DNA of 64,000 bases from an uncultured Actinomycetota bacterium (lineage in GTDB: Bacteria > Actinomycetota > Actinomycetes > Actinomycetales > CAVURS01). Positions 48,715-59,051 of the stretch are shown here, one piece after another. Position numbers and translations under genes: made by a program. Each line of letters begins with the position of its first letter. The stretch's first letter is position 1. Location of the stretch: NCBI GenBank assembly GCA_963743975.1, contig CAVURS010000003.1, positions 66,780-130,779 of the forward strand. The letters run 5' to 3'. A model generated the notes under the pieces. That model saw nothing but the letters and a program-made list of their open reading frames with translations. It was not told where the DNA came from and did not search any database.

Positions 48715-50811
48715 GTGAGCGCCACTGAGCTGGACCCGTCCGCCGTGCGGACCTTGTTCGCCCCGAAGAGCGTCGCCGTCGTCGGGGCGAGCCGGGCCGG
48801 CACCGGGTTCGATGCCGTCCACAACTTCAAGCGGCTCGGGTTCTCCGGGCCCGTGGCGTGCGTCAACCCCAAGTACGACGAGGTGTCCGGGTTCCCGTGC
48901 TACCCGAGCCTGGAGGACGTGCCGTTCACCCCGGACGCCGTGGTCCTGGCGGTCTCCCGGGAGCGGGTGATCACCATGATGGAGGCGGTGGTCGCCAAGG
49001 GGGCCAAGGCGGCCGTGGCGTTCGCGCTCGGCTTCGCCGAGGGTGGCGACGACGGGCGCCGGCTGCAGGCCCGGCTCAACGCGATGGCCCTCGAGGGCGG
49101 GGTGGCCGTCCTCGGCCCGAACTGCCAGGGGCTGATCAACTTCGTCGAGCCCGTGGCGATGTACATGGACTCGGTCTTCCCGTACGACGCGGGCCGGGTG
49201 GGGCTGATCGCTCAGAGCGGTTCGGTCGCGACCGCCCTGATCAACAACACCCGCGGTGTCCGCTGGAGCCACGCGGTGTCGAGCGGCAACGAAGCGGTCG
49301 TCGATGCCGCTGCCATCCTCGAGTACTACGTGCACAACGACGACGTCGACGTCATCTGCGCCTTCCTGGAGACCATCCGCCGTCCCGACGCCTTCTTCGC
49401 CCAGTGCGACGAGGCCCGGGCGCGCGGCAAGGCCGTGATCGTCTGCAAGTCCGGGCGGACGCCGGAGGCCCAGGTCGCTGCCGCCGCCCACACCGGAGCC
49501 CTCGCCGTACCGGATCGGTTGGTGGACGCGGCATTGCGCCGGCATCACGTCACGCGGGTGCAGTCGCTCGACGAGCTGCTCGAGACGGCGCTGGCCGCGC
49601 AGTCCGCGCGGCGTCCGCGGGGTGGCCGGCTCGCGGTCCTCACCGCATCGGGCGGACAGATCGAGCTGGTGCACGACAACCTGCCCGGCACCGGGCTCAG
49701 CATCGAGCCGTTCTCCGAGGAGACGAAGAGCAAGCTGGTGCCCCAGCTGGCCGACTTCCTGCCGCCCAACAACCCGCTGGACTGGTGGGGGACCGCGGAC
49801 TTCGAGGTCGCCGTCCCGAAGATCGTCGCTGACATCGCGGCCGATCCCGGCGTCGACATCATCTTGCAGGTCGGCGACTTCACCGCTGGACCGACCGGCG
49901 AGGAGGACCGCGCGGGCGGCTCCCTGCGAGCGGCTCGGGCCGTGATGGCCGACAGCGACAAGCTGTTCGTCGTCCTGGACGGCGTCGGCGGGGCCCCGGC
50001 CGCCCACCGCGTCGAGTCCGCGCTCAGCGACGGCATCCTGGCCCTCTCCGGTTTCGACAACGGACTGCGGGCCCTGGGCCACCTGGTCCGGATGTCCGAC
50101 CGGGATTCGGCGGCGACCCGCGACAGCGCCCTGTCTCCGGAGACCGCGGAGCGCGTGGAGGCGGCCTTCGCCGAGCTGGGGCCGGGGTCCAACGGGGGGC
50201 CGCTGGCCATGCGGCTGCTCGAGGCGGCCGGGATCCCGGTCGCGGCCCACCACGTCGTCGACTCGGCAGAAGCCGCGGTCGAGGCGGCCAGCTCGCTGGC
50301 GTTCCCGCTGGTGGCCAAGATCGCGGACGAGGACGTCGCCCACAAGACCGAGCGGGGCGGTGTCGTCCTCGGCATCGCTTCGGCCGACGAGCTCGCCTCG
50401 GCGACCACCGCTCTCCTGCAGGGCGGCGCCCGGCGGGTCCTCGTGCAGGAGCAGATCACCGCAGGCACCGAGCTCATCCTCGGCGTGCACGTCTCCGACC
50501 AGCTCGGCAGCTTCGTGATGGTGGGCCTGGGTGGCATCTGGACCGAGATCCTGGACGACGTGCAGTTCCGCCCGGTGCCCCTCCTGGCCGGCGAGTCCTC
50601 CGCGATGCTGGCCGAGCTGAAGGGATATCGCCGCCTGATGGGGGCGCGCGGCTCCCAGGCGGCCGATGTCGGTCAGCTCAGCGAGCTGGTCGACCGGCTC
50701 GACGGGCTGGCGGTCCTCCTCGGCCGGCGCATCGACGCCATCGACATCAACCCCCTGATCCTGACCGCCAAGGGAGCCATCGCGGTGGACGCCCTGATCG
50801 TCAAGAGCTGA
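48715..50811 (+). CDS. NDP-forming acyl-CoA synthetase (acetate--CoA ligase family; CoA-binding + succinyl-CoA-synthetase-like + ATP-grasp)
   Basis: Intact 698-aa ORF. LFAPKSVAVVGASR (CoA-binding), LGPNCQGLIN, AAAHTGALA (phospho-His loop context), and a C-terminal ATP-grasp region (FPLVAKIADEDVAHKTERGGV). Confidence 0.8.
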   Translation: MSATELDPSAVRTLFAPKSVAVVGASRAGTGFDAVHNFKRLGFSGPVACVNPKYDEVSGFPCYPSLEDVPFTPDAVVLAVSRERVITMMEAVVAKGAKAAVAFALGFAEGGDDGRRLQARLNAMALEGGVAVLGPNCQGLINFVEPVAMYMDSVFPYDAGRVGLIAQSGSVATALINNTRGVRWSHAVSSGNEAVVDAAAILEYYVHNDDVDVICAFLETIRRPDAFFAQCDEARARGKAVIVCKSGRTPEAQVAAAAHTGALAVPDRLVDAALRRHHVTRVQSLDELLETALAAQSARRPRGGRLAVLTASGGQIELVHDNLPGTGLSIEPFSEETKSKLVPQLADFLPPNNPLDWWGTADFEVAVPKIVADIAADPGVDIILQVGDFTAGPTGEEDRAGGSLRAARAVMADSDKLFVVLDGVGGAPAAHRVESALSDGILALSGFDNGLRALGHLVRMSDRDSAATRDSALSPETAERVEAAFAELGPGSNGGPLAMRLLEAAGIPVAAHHVVDSAEAAVEAASSLAFPLVAKIADEDVAHKTERGGVVLGIASADELASATTALLQGGARRVLVQEQITAGTELILGVHVSDQLGSFVMVGLGGIWTEILDDVQFRPVPLLAGESSAMLAELKGYRRLMGARGSQAADVGQLSELVDRLDGLAVLLGRRIDAIDINPLILTAKGAIAVDALIVKS

Positions 50812-50840
50812 CGGCCACCGGCCCGCAGGCCACCGTCGTC

Positions 50841-50856
50841 GGGGCCGTTCGGCCCC
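50841..50856 (+). terminator. GC hairpin after the acyl-CoA synthetase gene
   Basis: GGGGCC-GTTC-GGCCCC lies 30 nt after the stop at 50811. No U tract. Confidence 0.35.
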
Positions 50857-50897
50857 ACCCCCATCGTTGACAGCGATCGTTCCGGCAAGGACGGCCC

Positions 50898-51797
50898 GTG
50901 CACACTCTGCTGGCGCTGGGGGCGATGGTCGCCTGGGGCGGCTCGTCGATCTTCGCGGCACAGGGGGCCCGGGCCGGCACGGCGCTCGCCGTCACCGTGT
51001 GGTCGCAGGCCATGGGACTGCTCGTGGGGCTGCCCGTGCTGCTGTTCGTCAACGGTGAGGGCTTCACCGCATCCGAGCTCGCTCACGGGGCGATCGCGGG
51101 CACCGGCTCCGGGCTGTCCCTGCTGCTGCTGTACCAGAGCTCGCGGACGCTGTTCGCCGGCGTGGCGTCGGCGATGTCCGCGGTCATGGCCTGCACGATC
51201 CCGGTCGCGTACGCGGCCTTCCACACCACGACCTCCGGTCGCGAGATCGTCGGCGCGGGTGTCTGTCTCGTGGCCCTGGCCGCGGTCGGCGCGTGGCACC
51301 GGGACGGCGTGGCCGCGGCGCCGGGCGCCGGTGCCATGGCCGAGGCCGAGGCCGAGGCGGCCGTACCGTCTCCGCCCGCACGGCTCTGGCTCAACGGGAT
51401 CTCCGCCGCCCTGCTGTCGGGCGTGTGCATGGCCGTCTACTACATCGCCCTGACCGGCACCTCGGCCGCAGTGCAGGTGCACACCGCCTTCGAGTCCCGG
51501 GTGGTGGCCCTCGTGCTGCTCTCGGTCATCGCGCTGGGCAGCAGCCCGGCGACTCTGGTCCCGACGAAGGCGAACCTGTGGGTGGGTCTGACGGTCGGCG
51601 CGACGGGGATCGCGGGTGCTCTCGCGTACGCCGGGGCGGTCACCTCGACGAACCTGGCCGTCGTCGTCCCGCTCGTCTCGCTCTCCCCGGCGGTGACGAT
51701 CGTCCTCGGTCAGATCTTCCTGCAGGAGGCGCCGTCCCGTCGGCAGACGGCCGGGCTCGTCCTCGCGATGGTGGGGATCCTGATCGTCACCTCCTGA
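50898..51797 (+). CDS. EamA/DMT-family transporter
   Basis: Intact ORF with 10 TM-like spans in two EamA-type halves, separated by an Ala/Glu-rich loop (AMAEAEAEAAVPS). Confidence 0.75.
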   Translation: MHTLLALGAMVAWGGSSIFAAQGARAGTALAVTVWSQAMGLLVGLPVLLFVNGEGFTASELAHGAIAGTGSGLSLLLLYQSSRTLFAGVASAMSAVMACTIPVAYAAFHTTTSGREIVGAGVCLVALAAVGAWHRDGVAAAPGAGAMAEAEAEAAVPSPPARLWLNGISAALLSGVCMAVYYIALTGTSAAVQVHTAFESRVVALVLLSVIALGSSPATLVPTKANLWVGLTVGATGIAGALAYAGAVTSTNLAVVVPLVSLSPAVTIVLGQIFLQEAPSRRQTAGLVLAMVGILIVTS

Positions 51798-51905
51798 CGG
51801 GCGGCCGTCCTTCCATCGCTGCACCGCGCGGAGTAGGAAGAGCTGCATGGGAAGAGCGGCGTCCGTCGGCAACGCCCTGCGGTTCGCGGCACACCGTGTC
51901 ACCCG

Positions 51906-52634
51906 ATGAGCCCGGCGTACTGGGCTGCGGTCGCCGTCGGAGCGGTCGGGTGCTGCGCGCTGACGATCACGGCGCGGCGGCGTCCTCGTGCGTGGGGGTT
52001 GGCCGCGGCCCGGGTCCTCGCCGTGGTGCTGGCCGTCGTCTCGGTGACGTCGGTCGTACGGCCCATCGCTGAGGGCACCTTCACGGTGCAGGCGTCGTTG
52101 CCCCTGTCGCTGTGCGACGTCGGTCTGGTCGTCGCGGCGGCTGCGTGCTGGCTGCCCCAGCAGGCGCTGCTGGTCGAGCTCACGTACTTCTGGGGGCTGG
52201 CCGGCAGCCTGCAGGGCGTTCTCACGCCCGACCTGACCCAACGGTTCCCCGAGCTGCAGTTCTTCGTCTACGTCATCGCGCACGTCGGGATCGTCACGGC
52301 CGCGATCTTCCTCGTCGTCGGCCTGCGCCGTCGGCCGCGGCCCGGAGCCGTGCCGCGGATCTGGCTGCTCACCGCCGCATACGCGGCGGCAGTCGGCGTC
52401 GTGGATGCCGCGACCGGCGCCAACTACATGTTCCTGCGCCACAAGCCCTCGACCGGGTCCTTGCTGTCCGTGCTGGGGCCGGCGCCCTGGTACATCGTCA
52501 GTGCCGCCGCGCTCGCAGCCCTGGTGCTGCTGGCCCTCGACGCCCCGTTCTGGTCCGGCCGGCGCGCCCGGACAGCGTGCGGTGACGGCACGGCGGTTGC
52601 GGCGCCCGAGGGCCGGAGGAGGATGGCCGGGTGA
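51906..52634 (+). CDS. YwaF-like (TIGR02206-type) integral membrane protein
   Basis: Intact ORF. LPLSLCDVG, FFVYVIAHVGIV and ANYMFL resemble the family as I remember it, so the family call is tentative. Confidence 0.5.
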   Translation: MSPAYWAAVAVGAVGCCALTITARRRPRAWGLAAARVLAVVLAVVSVTSVVRPIAEGTFTVQASLPLSLCDVGLVVAAAACWLPQQALLVELTYFWGLAGSLQGVLTPDLTQRFPELQFFVYVIAHVGIVTAAIFLVVGLRRRPRPGAVPRIWLLTAAYAAAVGVVDAATGANYMFLRHKPSTGSLLSVLGPAPWYIVSAAALAALVLLALDAPFWSGRRARTACGDGTAVAAPEGRRRMAG

Positions 52635-53566
52635 TCGCAGACGGCAGGTGGCGGCCCCGGCACGACGACCCGCTGCTCATCCTGGCCATGGATCATCGAG
52701 GATCGTTCGGCACGACCCTGTTCGGCGTGAAGGACGAGGAGCCCACGCCCGAGCAGCGCACGGGCATGGTCGCCGCGAAGCAGCTGATCTTCACCGGCCT
52801 CGCGCAGGCCGCGCCGGAGCTGTCGGCCGGCCGCGCCGGCGTCCTGGTCGACGAGCAGTACGGCGAGGCCGTCATCGAGGCGGTCCCTCGCGACAGCATG
52901 GTGCTGGCGGTCCCCGTGGAGGCCAGCGGCCACGACTGGTTCACCCTGCAGTGGCCGGACGACTGGCTCGGTCACCTTCAGCGCAGCGCTCCCGACTACG
53001 CCAAGGTCCTCGTCCGCGACAACCCGGATCTGCCCGCGGACCGGCGCCGGGCCCAGCTGCAGCTCCTGGCCGAGGTCAGCGCCGCCCTGCGGGAGATCGA
53101 CGTCCCCCTGCTGTACGAGCTGCTCGTCCCGGCCACCGACGCCCAGCTGGCCCGGGCCGGTGGGGACGCGGCCCGGTACGACCGGGAGCTGCGACCGGAC
53201 CTGGTGACCCGCGTCATCGCCGAGAACCAGGACGCCGGGGTCGAGCCCGCGCTGTGGAAGGTCGAGGGTCTGGAGACGACGGAGGCCGCCGTCCAGGTCG
53301 CGGAGCAGGCCCGGGCCGGCGGGCGGGACGCCGACCTGATCGTGCTCGGCCGGGACGCCCCGGCCGAGCGGGTGAACCACTGGCTCGCCGTGGCCTCCGA
53401 CGTCGAGGCCTTCGTGGGCTTCGCCATCGGCCGCAGCATCTGGGAGGACGCGGTCCGGGCCTGGACCGAAGGCCGCCTGGATGACGCGCAGACCTCCGAG
53501 CAGGTGGCCGGCAGGTACCTCGGCTTCTGCCGCCAGTGGCAGCCCGGGCCGTCGAAGCTCGGCTGA
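52631..53566 (+). CDS. DUF2090-type (IolC C-terminal / class I aldolase-like) protein
   Basis: GTG 52631 overlaps the upstream stop (GTGA). LLILAMDHRGSF...GVLVDEQYG...LWKVEGLET...FVGFAIGRSIW. Family assignment is from memory. Confidence 0.55.
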   Translation: MIADGRWRPRHDDPLLILAMDHRGSFGTTLFGVKDEEPTPEQRTGMVAAKQLIFTGLAQAAPELSAGRAGVLVDEQYGEAVIEAVPRDSMVLAVPVEASGHDWFTLQWPDDWLGHLQRSAPDYAKVLVRDNPDLPADRRRAQLQLLAEVSAALREIDVPLLYELLVPATDAQLARAGGDAARYDRELRPDLVTRVIAENQDAGVEPALWKVEGLETTEAAVQVAEQARAGGRDADLIVLGRDAPAERVNHWLAVASDVEAFVGFAIGRSIWEDAVRAWTEGRLDDAQTSEQVAGRYLGFCRQWQPGPSKLG

Positions 53567-53568
53567 GC

Positions 53569-53644
53569 CGCCGGACCGTCTCCACCGATCGGGGGACCTG
53601 AGGATCCCCCGCCGGACCGGCTGCTCGGTGGGTACGCCGGACCG
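53569..53644. repeat. three direct copies of CGCCGGACCG upstream of the small secreted-peptide gene
   Basis: Exact 10-mers at 53569-53578, 53610-53619 and 53635-53644. A GGGGGA/TCCCCC hairpin lies at 53591-53610. Confidence 0.5.
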
Positions 53645-53698
53645 GGGCGCCGCCCGATCCTTGGGTATCGAGTTCTTCGCAACCAGGGAGTGAGCGTC

Positions 53699-53929
53699 AT
53701 GACCACCCAGCGGAACACCACGGATCGCGGTACGGACGGGTCGGCCGGCCAGGGCGGCCTCCGGGGCCGCATCGGCCGGTGGGCGGCCGGCGCCGCCGTC
53801 GGCGCGACGCTGATGGTCGCCGGCGCGGTCACCGCGACGCCGGCTCACGCGGTGTCGCTGCCCGGGCGGTGCGCCCTCAACGCCGGTGTCTGGACCTGCC
53901 TGCCCGCGTCCTCCGGCACCGGGCGGTAG
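53699..53929 (+). CDS. small secreted peptide precursor (signal peptide + about 25-aa two-Cys mature peptide)
   Basis: ATG 53699 lies 8 nt after AGGGAG. High GC3. RGRIGRWAAGAAVGATLMVAGAVTATPAHA followed by VSLPGRCALNAGVWTCLPASSGTGR. Confidence 0.5.
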   Translation: MTTQRNTTDRGTDGSAGQGGLRGRIGRWAAGAAVGATLMVAGAVTATPAHAVSLPGRCALNAGVWTCLPASSGTGR

Positions 53930-54039
53930 GCCGCGATCCCAGGAGCTGCGCCGCCACCAGGGAGGCGGCGCACGGGGTGGGTGCCAGACGCAGGGGGATG
54001 GCACCCACCCCGACCCGGTCGGTGCGCCCGCGTGGATCG

Positions 54040-54609
54040 CTAGGGCCGCCCGTCCGCCGGGTCGGCGTCGAGGTCTCGGAAGGATGCCGCGGAGTCACCG
54101 CGGACCAGAGCGGCCTGAGCCGCACCCGACACGGGAACGGCCCCGTCGTCCAGGAGCCCGAGCTGGACGAGGACGCTCGCCTGGTCCCAGTAGATGTGCT
54201 CGCTCTCCACCAGGCCGTCGGCGATGCCGATGACCACGACGAGCACGACCCGGACGGCGCGTCCGGTCGGCGCCACCCCGGGCAGGATCCACGGCACATG
54301 GCAGGTGTGGGTGAACGAGATCAGCAGCTCGTCGACCACGCGGGAGGCGGTCGCCGTACGGGACAGCACCTCCAGCGCCAGGTCCGGCGGCTGATGACCG
54401 ATGAAGTGCGTCGCGTAGAAGCGGCGGACGCCGGCCCGCCCACGGGCACCCACCATGGTCGGCACGTGGATGACGACCGGGTCGTCGGTCATCGTCGCCA
54501 TCGTGGCGTCGACATCGGCCGTCACGAACTCGGCGGCGGTGTGTGCGTCCCACACGTGCTCGGCCGCCGTGACATCGCTCGTGCTCGCGCTGCTCTCGTC
54601 TCGGTCCAT
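54040..54609 (-). CDS. NTF2/SnoaL-like fold protein
   Basis: ORF 54040..54609. HVWDAHTAAEF...TMTDDPVVIHVPTMVGARGRAGVRRFY...ESEHIYWDQASVLVQLGLL is typical of SnoaL-like small enzymes. Confidence 0.55.
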   Translation of the reverse strand: MDRDESSASTSDVTAAEHVWDAHTAAEFVTADVDATMATMTDDPVVIHVPTMVGARGRAGVRRFYATHFIGHQPPDLALEVLSRTATASRVVDELLISFTHTCHVPWILPGVAPTGRAVRVVLVVVIGIADGLVESEHIYWDQASVLVQLGLLDDGAVPVSGAAQAALVRGDSAASFRDLDADPADGRP

Positions 54610-54666
54610 GTCACGACCTTCGGGTCCGCAGACGCCCCTGCGACATCTGGCTGGCGACCACTATCC

Positions 54667-55173
54667 TCAGGCGTCGAGCTTGAGGCACTGCGTGCAGGGG
54701 CAGCGGACCGACAACCCGGAGCTCACGCCGGCGATGCCCAGGACGCCTTCGCTGCGGTTCGTCCGCAGGTCGTCCAGCACGGTGGTCGCCGGCAGCATCC
54801 GCCCGACCAGCTCCTCGGATCTCGGCCGCGGGGCGGCCGACGGGCGCGCCCGGTAGACCACGACCGCGGGGGATCCGTGGATCAGGGCCCGCCGACAGAC
54901 CGCGCGCGCGTAGTAGCGGTTGAACTCGGTGCCGCCGAACCGCTCCGCGGCGTTGACCGGCGAGGACGTCATCCGCTCCCGCTGCCGCAGGTCCGCGACC
55001 AGCGACTCGGCATCCCCGTCCTGCAGCGCCTTCCGGAGCAGGCCGGGGTAGTCGGCTCGTCCGCGGGCGGTGAAGCACGTGCTCATGCTGGGGCCGTCCG
55101 GATCGCAGTCCAGCTCCTCCACCATCAGCCGCCGGGTGAACCCGTCGAGGTCCGCGAACGTGAACGTCCCCAT
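54667..55173 (-). CDS. hypothetical protein, no recognisable domain
   Basis: ORF 54667..55173 has high GC3. The overlapping ORF 54611..55189 is Arg-rich off-frame noise. The protein ends in SVRCPCTQCLKLDA. Confidence 0.5.
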   Translation of the reverse strand: MGTFTFADLDGFTRRLMVEELDCDPDGPSMSTCFTARGRADYPGLLRKALQDGDAESLVADLRQRERMTSSPVNAAERFGGTEFNRYYARAVCRRALIHGSPAVVVYRARPSAAPRPRSEELVGRMLPATTVLDDLRTNRSEGVLGIAGVSSGLSVRCPCTQCLKLDA

Positions 55174-55283
55174 GGCTTGCCCCCCGCACAGCCTTGGCGG
55201 TCAGCGGGGCCGGCTGCCCTCACCGCAGTGCGAATGCAGACTAATCGGGCATAACGATCTTGTCATCCGGGGGAGGGCTGAGG

Positions 55284-56081
55284 TCAGACCGGGAGCACGG
55301 ACAGGGCGCCGACACCGCCGTCCACGACGAGCGTCGCACCGGTCACGTAGGAGGAGGCGTCGGAGAGCAGCCAGACGGCCGCTCGGCCGATCTCCAGCGG
55401 GTCGGCGACCCGGTGGAGCACCACGCTGTCGGCGACCGCCGCGCGCGCGGCCTCCTTGTCCGCCTCCGCCACGCCGGTCCACATCAGTGCGGTCTCGGTC
55501 GCCCCGGGTGCGATCGAGTTGCACCGGATCCCGTGGCGCCCGTAGTCGACGGCGATGCTGCGGCCCAACGCCTCCAGCGCGCCCTTCGCGGCGTGGTACG
55601 CCCCGCCGACCCCGGGGACGGCGTTCTGCACGACGCACGAGCTCGTGAACACGATGGAACCCGCGACGCCGCGGTCGACCATCCTGGTCAGCACCTCCCG
55701 CGCCGAGACGTAGCTGCCCCGCAGATGCGTGGTGATGACGAGATCCCAGCTGCTGGAGGGCAGCTCGTGCACGGGACCTTCGAGCAGGGCGATGCCGGCG
55801 TTGGCGAACAGCCCATGGATGTCACCGAACCGGTCCTCGACGGCCGCGAACGCGGCGACCACCGCCGCCTCGTCCGTGACGTCCGCCGGGAAGGCCACCG
55901 CGCCGGTCACCTCTTCGACCTCCCGCAGGGCCGAGGACTCGCGGGCGATGACGGCCACCGAGGCGCCTTCCTGACGCAGCAGCTCCACGGCGGCGCGCCC
56001 GATGCCGCGGGAGCCCCCGGTGACGACGTAGGTCCGGTCAGCCAGTGCGGACAAGGGGTCTCCTGGGAAGCGCGACGACAA
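55284..56081 (-). CDS. SDR-family oxidoreductase
   Basis: TGGSRGIGRA cofactor motif, NAG, and catalytic YHAAKGAL. The start is a TTG at 56079-56081 and is uncertain. Confidence 0.85.
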   Translation of the reverse strand: MSSRFPGDPLSALADRTYVVTGGSRGIGRAAVELLRQEGASVAVIARESSALREVEEVTGAVAFPADVTDEAAVVAAFAAVEDRFGDIHGLFANAGIALLEGPVHELPSSSWDLVITTHLRGSYVSAREVLTRMVDRGVAGSIVFTSSCVVQNAVPGVGGAYHAAKGALEALGRSIAVDYGRHGIRCNSIAPGATETALMWTGVAEADKEAARAAVADSVVLHRVADPLEIGRAAVWLLSDASSYVTGATLVVDGGVGALSVLPV

Positions 56082-56087
56082 GTCGTC

Positions 56088-56194
56088 ATGACGTTATAAC
56101 CCCTAACCTCTCGGGACAAGAGCCCCGCAGGTGCTTGACGGGTGCCCACGTCAGGGACATCATCCGGGGATGACGTCATGATGTTTTAGACGTC
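56088..56194. promoter_or_regulatory. cluster of (A)TGACGT(CA) elements in the SDR / sugar-ABC divergent region
   Basis: ATGACGT at 56088-56094. TGACG...CGTCA inverted pair at 56136-56153. A 10-bp perfect palindrome ATGACGTCAT at 56170-56179. GACGTC at 56189-56194. GC is locally lower. Confidence 0.4.
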
Positions 56195-56275
56195 GCATCC
56201 CGGTGCCCAGGCATCGACCCACGGATCCATCGATCAGCAGGACTCGTCGTCCTGGCATCACGCTGAGGAGCAGAA

Positions 56276-57493
56276 ATGACAGGTCTCGGAGCCCGGCCGT
56301 CCCGCGGCGGGGGCCGCCGCCCGACCGCCGCTCGCCGCTGTCTTGCCGCGCTGGGAGTCGTGACCGCACTGGCGGCGGCCGGCTGCGGCAGCAGCTCGAG
56401 CGGTGCCGCCCCGAAGGACCTGCCGCCCCTGACCCTGGAGAAGTCGCCCGTCCCGCTCGGGGAGCTCACCACGCGGGGTCCGCAGGGCCAGGTTCCGGTC
56501 TGGTACACCCAGGTCAACCTGACCGCCGACCAGCTGGCCAAGGTGCGAGCGGGCAAGTACAAGGCGGCCTTCCTCAACACCCAGTCGAGCCCGTTCATGA
56601 ACTCGTTGCAGGCGGGCGCGAGCGCGGCCTTCAAGGCGATGAACATCAAGGTCGTCGCCACCACCAACTCGAACCTCGTCGCGGCCCAGCAGGCCAAGGA
56701 CGTCCAGAACGTGCTGCCGCTGAAGCCGAACATCATTCTGAGCCTGGCGGTCGACCCGGTCGCGGCCGCGCAGTACTACCAGCCGGCGGTGAAGGCCGGT
56801 GTGAAGCTGGTGTTCCTGAGCAACAAGCCGAACGGCTACCGGGACGGCAAGGAGGACGTCGGCATCGTCACCTACGACGTCGCCGGGCTCGGCAAGACGA
56901 CGGCCGACGAGATCGGCAAGTACCTGAACGGCAACGGGAAGATCGGATACGTCTACTACGACGCGAACTTCTGGATCACGAACCAGCGCGAGGCGGCCGT
57001 CCTCCAGCAGCTGAAGGACAAGTGGCCCGGCGTCGACATCGTGCAGAAGGCCGGGCTCGCCGACCCCAACGCAGCCCAGAAGATCGTGTCGGCGATGATC
57101 ACCGCGCACCCCGACATCCAGGCGATCTTCATGCCCTGGGACTCTCCGACGGCTGAGGGAGCCACCGCGGCCCTGCGTGCGGCACACCGTACGGACGTCA
57201 AGATCTTCACCATCGACCTCGGCGGCACGAGCGCCCTCAACATGGCGCAGTGCGGCAACGTCCAGGAGGAGACCTCGACCCTGGCCTACCAGTTCGGCTA
57301 CACCGCGGCGATCGAGGGCGCGCTGGGCGTGCTCGGTGCTCCGGCTCCCGCGCTGGCCGTCGTGCCGGCCTTCCCGGTGACCGCGGCCAACCTGGCGGAC
57401 GGCTGGAAGTCGACGTTCCTCACCGACCTGCCGGGTGACGTCTCGGCAGCGGCCAAGACCGCTCACTGCCCGGCGACGCTGAGCGGCAGCTGA
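56276..57493 (+). CDS. sugar-type ABC transporter substrate-binding lipoprotein (RbsB/periplasmic-binding-protein type I)
   Basis: ATG follows GAGGAG. Lipobox LAAAGCGSSSSG, followed by a type I PBP fold (AAFLNTQSSPFMNSLQAGA..VKLVFLSN). Confidence 0.8.
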   Translation: MTGLGARPSRGGGRRPTAARRCLAALGVVTALAAAGCGSSSSGAAPKDLPPLTLEKSPVPLGELTTRGPQGQVPVWYTQVNLTADQLAKVRAGKYKAAFLNTQSSPFMNSLQAGASAAFKAMNIKVVATTNSNLVAAQQAKDVQNVLPLKPNIILSLAVDPVAAAQYYQPAVKAGVKLVFLSNKPNGYRDGKEDVGIVTYDVAGLGKTTADEIGKYLNGNGKIGYVYYDANFWITNQREAAVLQQLKDKWPGVDIVQKAGLADPNAAQKIVSAMITAHPDIQAIFMPWDSPTAEGATAALRAAHRTDVKIFTIDLGGTSALNMAQCGNVQEETSTLAYQFGYTAAIEGALGVLGAPAPALAVVPAFPVTAANLADGWKSTFLTDLPGDVSAAAKTAHCPATLSGS

Positions 57494-57566
57494 CGACGCG
57501 GTAGGGCCGGCGGCCGCAACGTGCGGCCGCCGGCCCACCGGTCACCGGCCCGACTGGAGACCTCCC

Positions 57567-59037
<1,471 letters not shown>

Positions 59038-59051
<14 letters not shown>

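Noticed and set aside
53699-53929. The small Cys peptide interpreted as a RiPP (lanthipeptide/lasso/thiopeptide) precursor.
   Set aside because: It has a standard Sec/Tat-like signal peptide rather than a RiPP leader. There are no modification enzymes, dedicated exporter or immunity genes within several kb.
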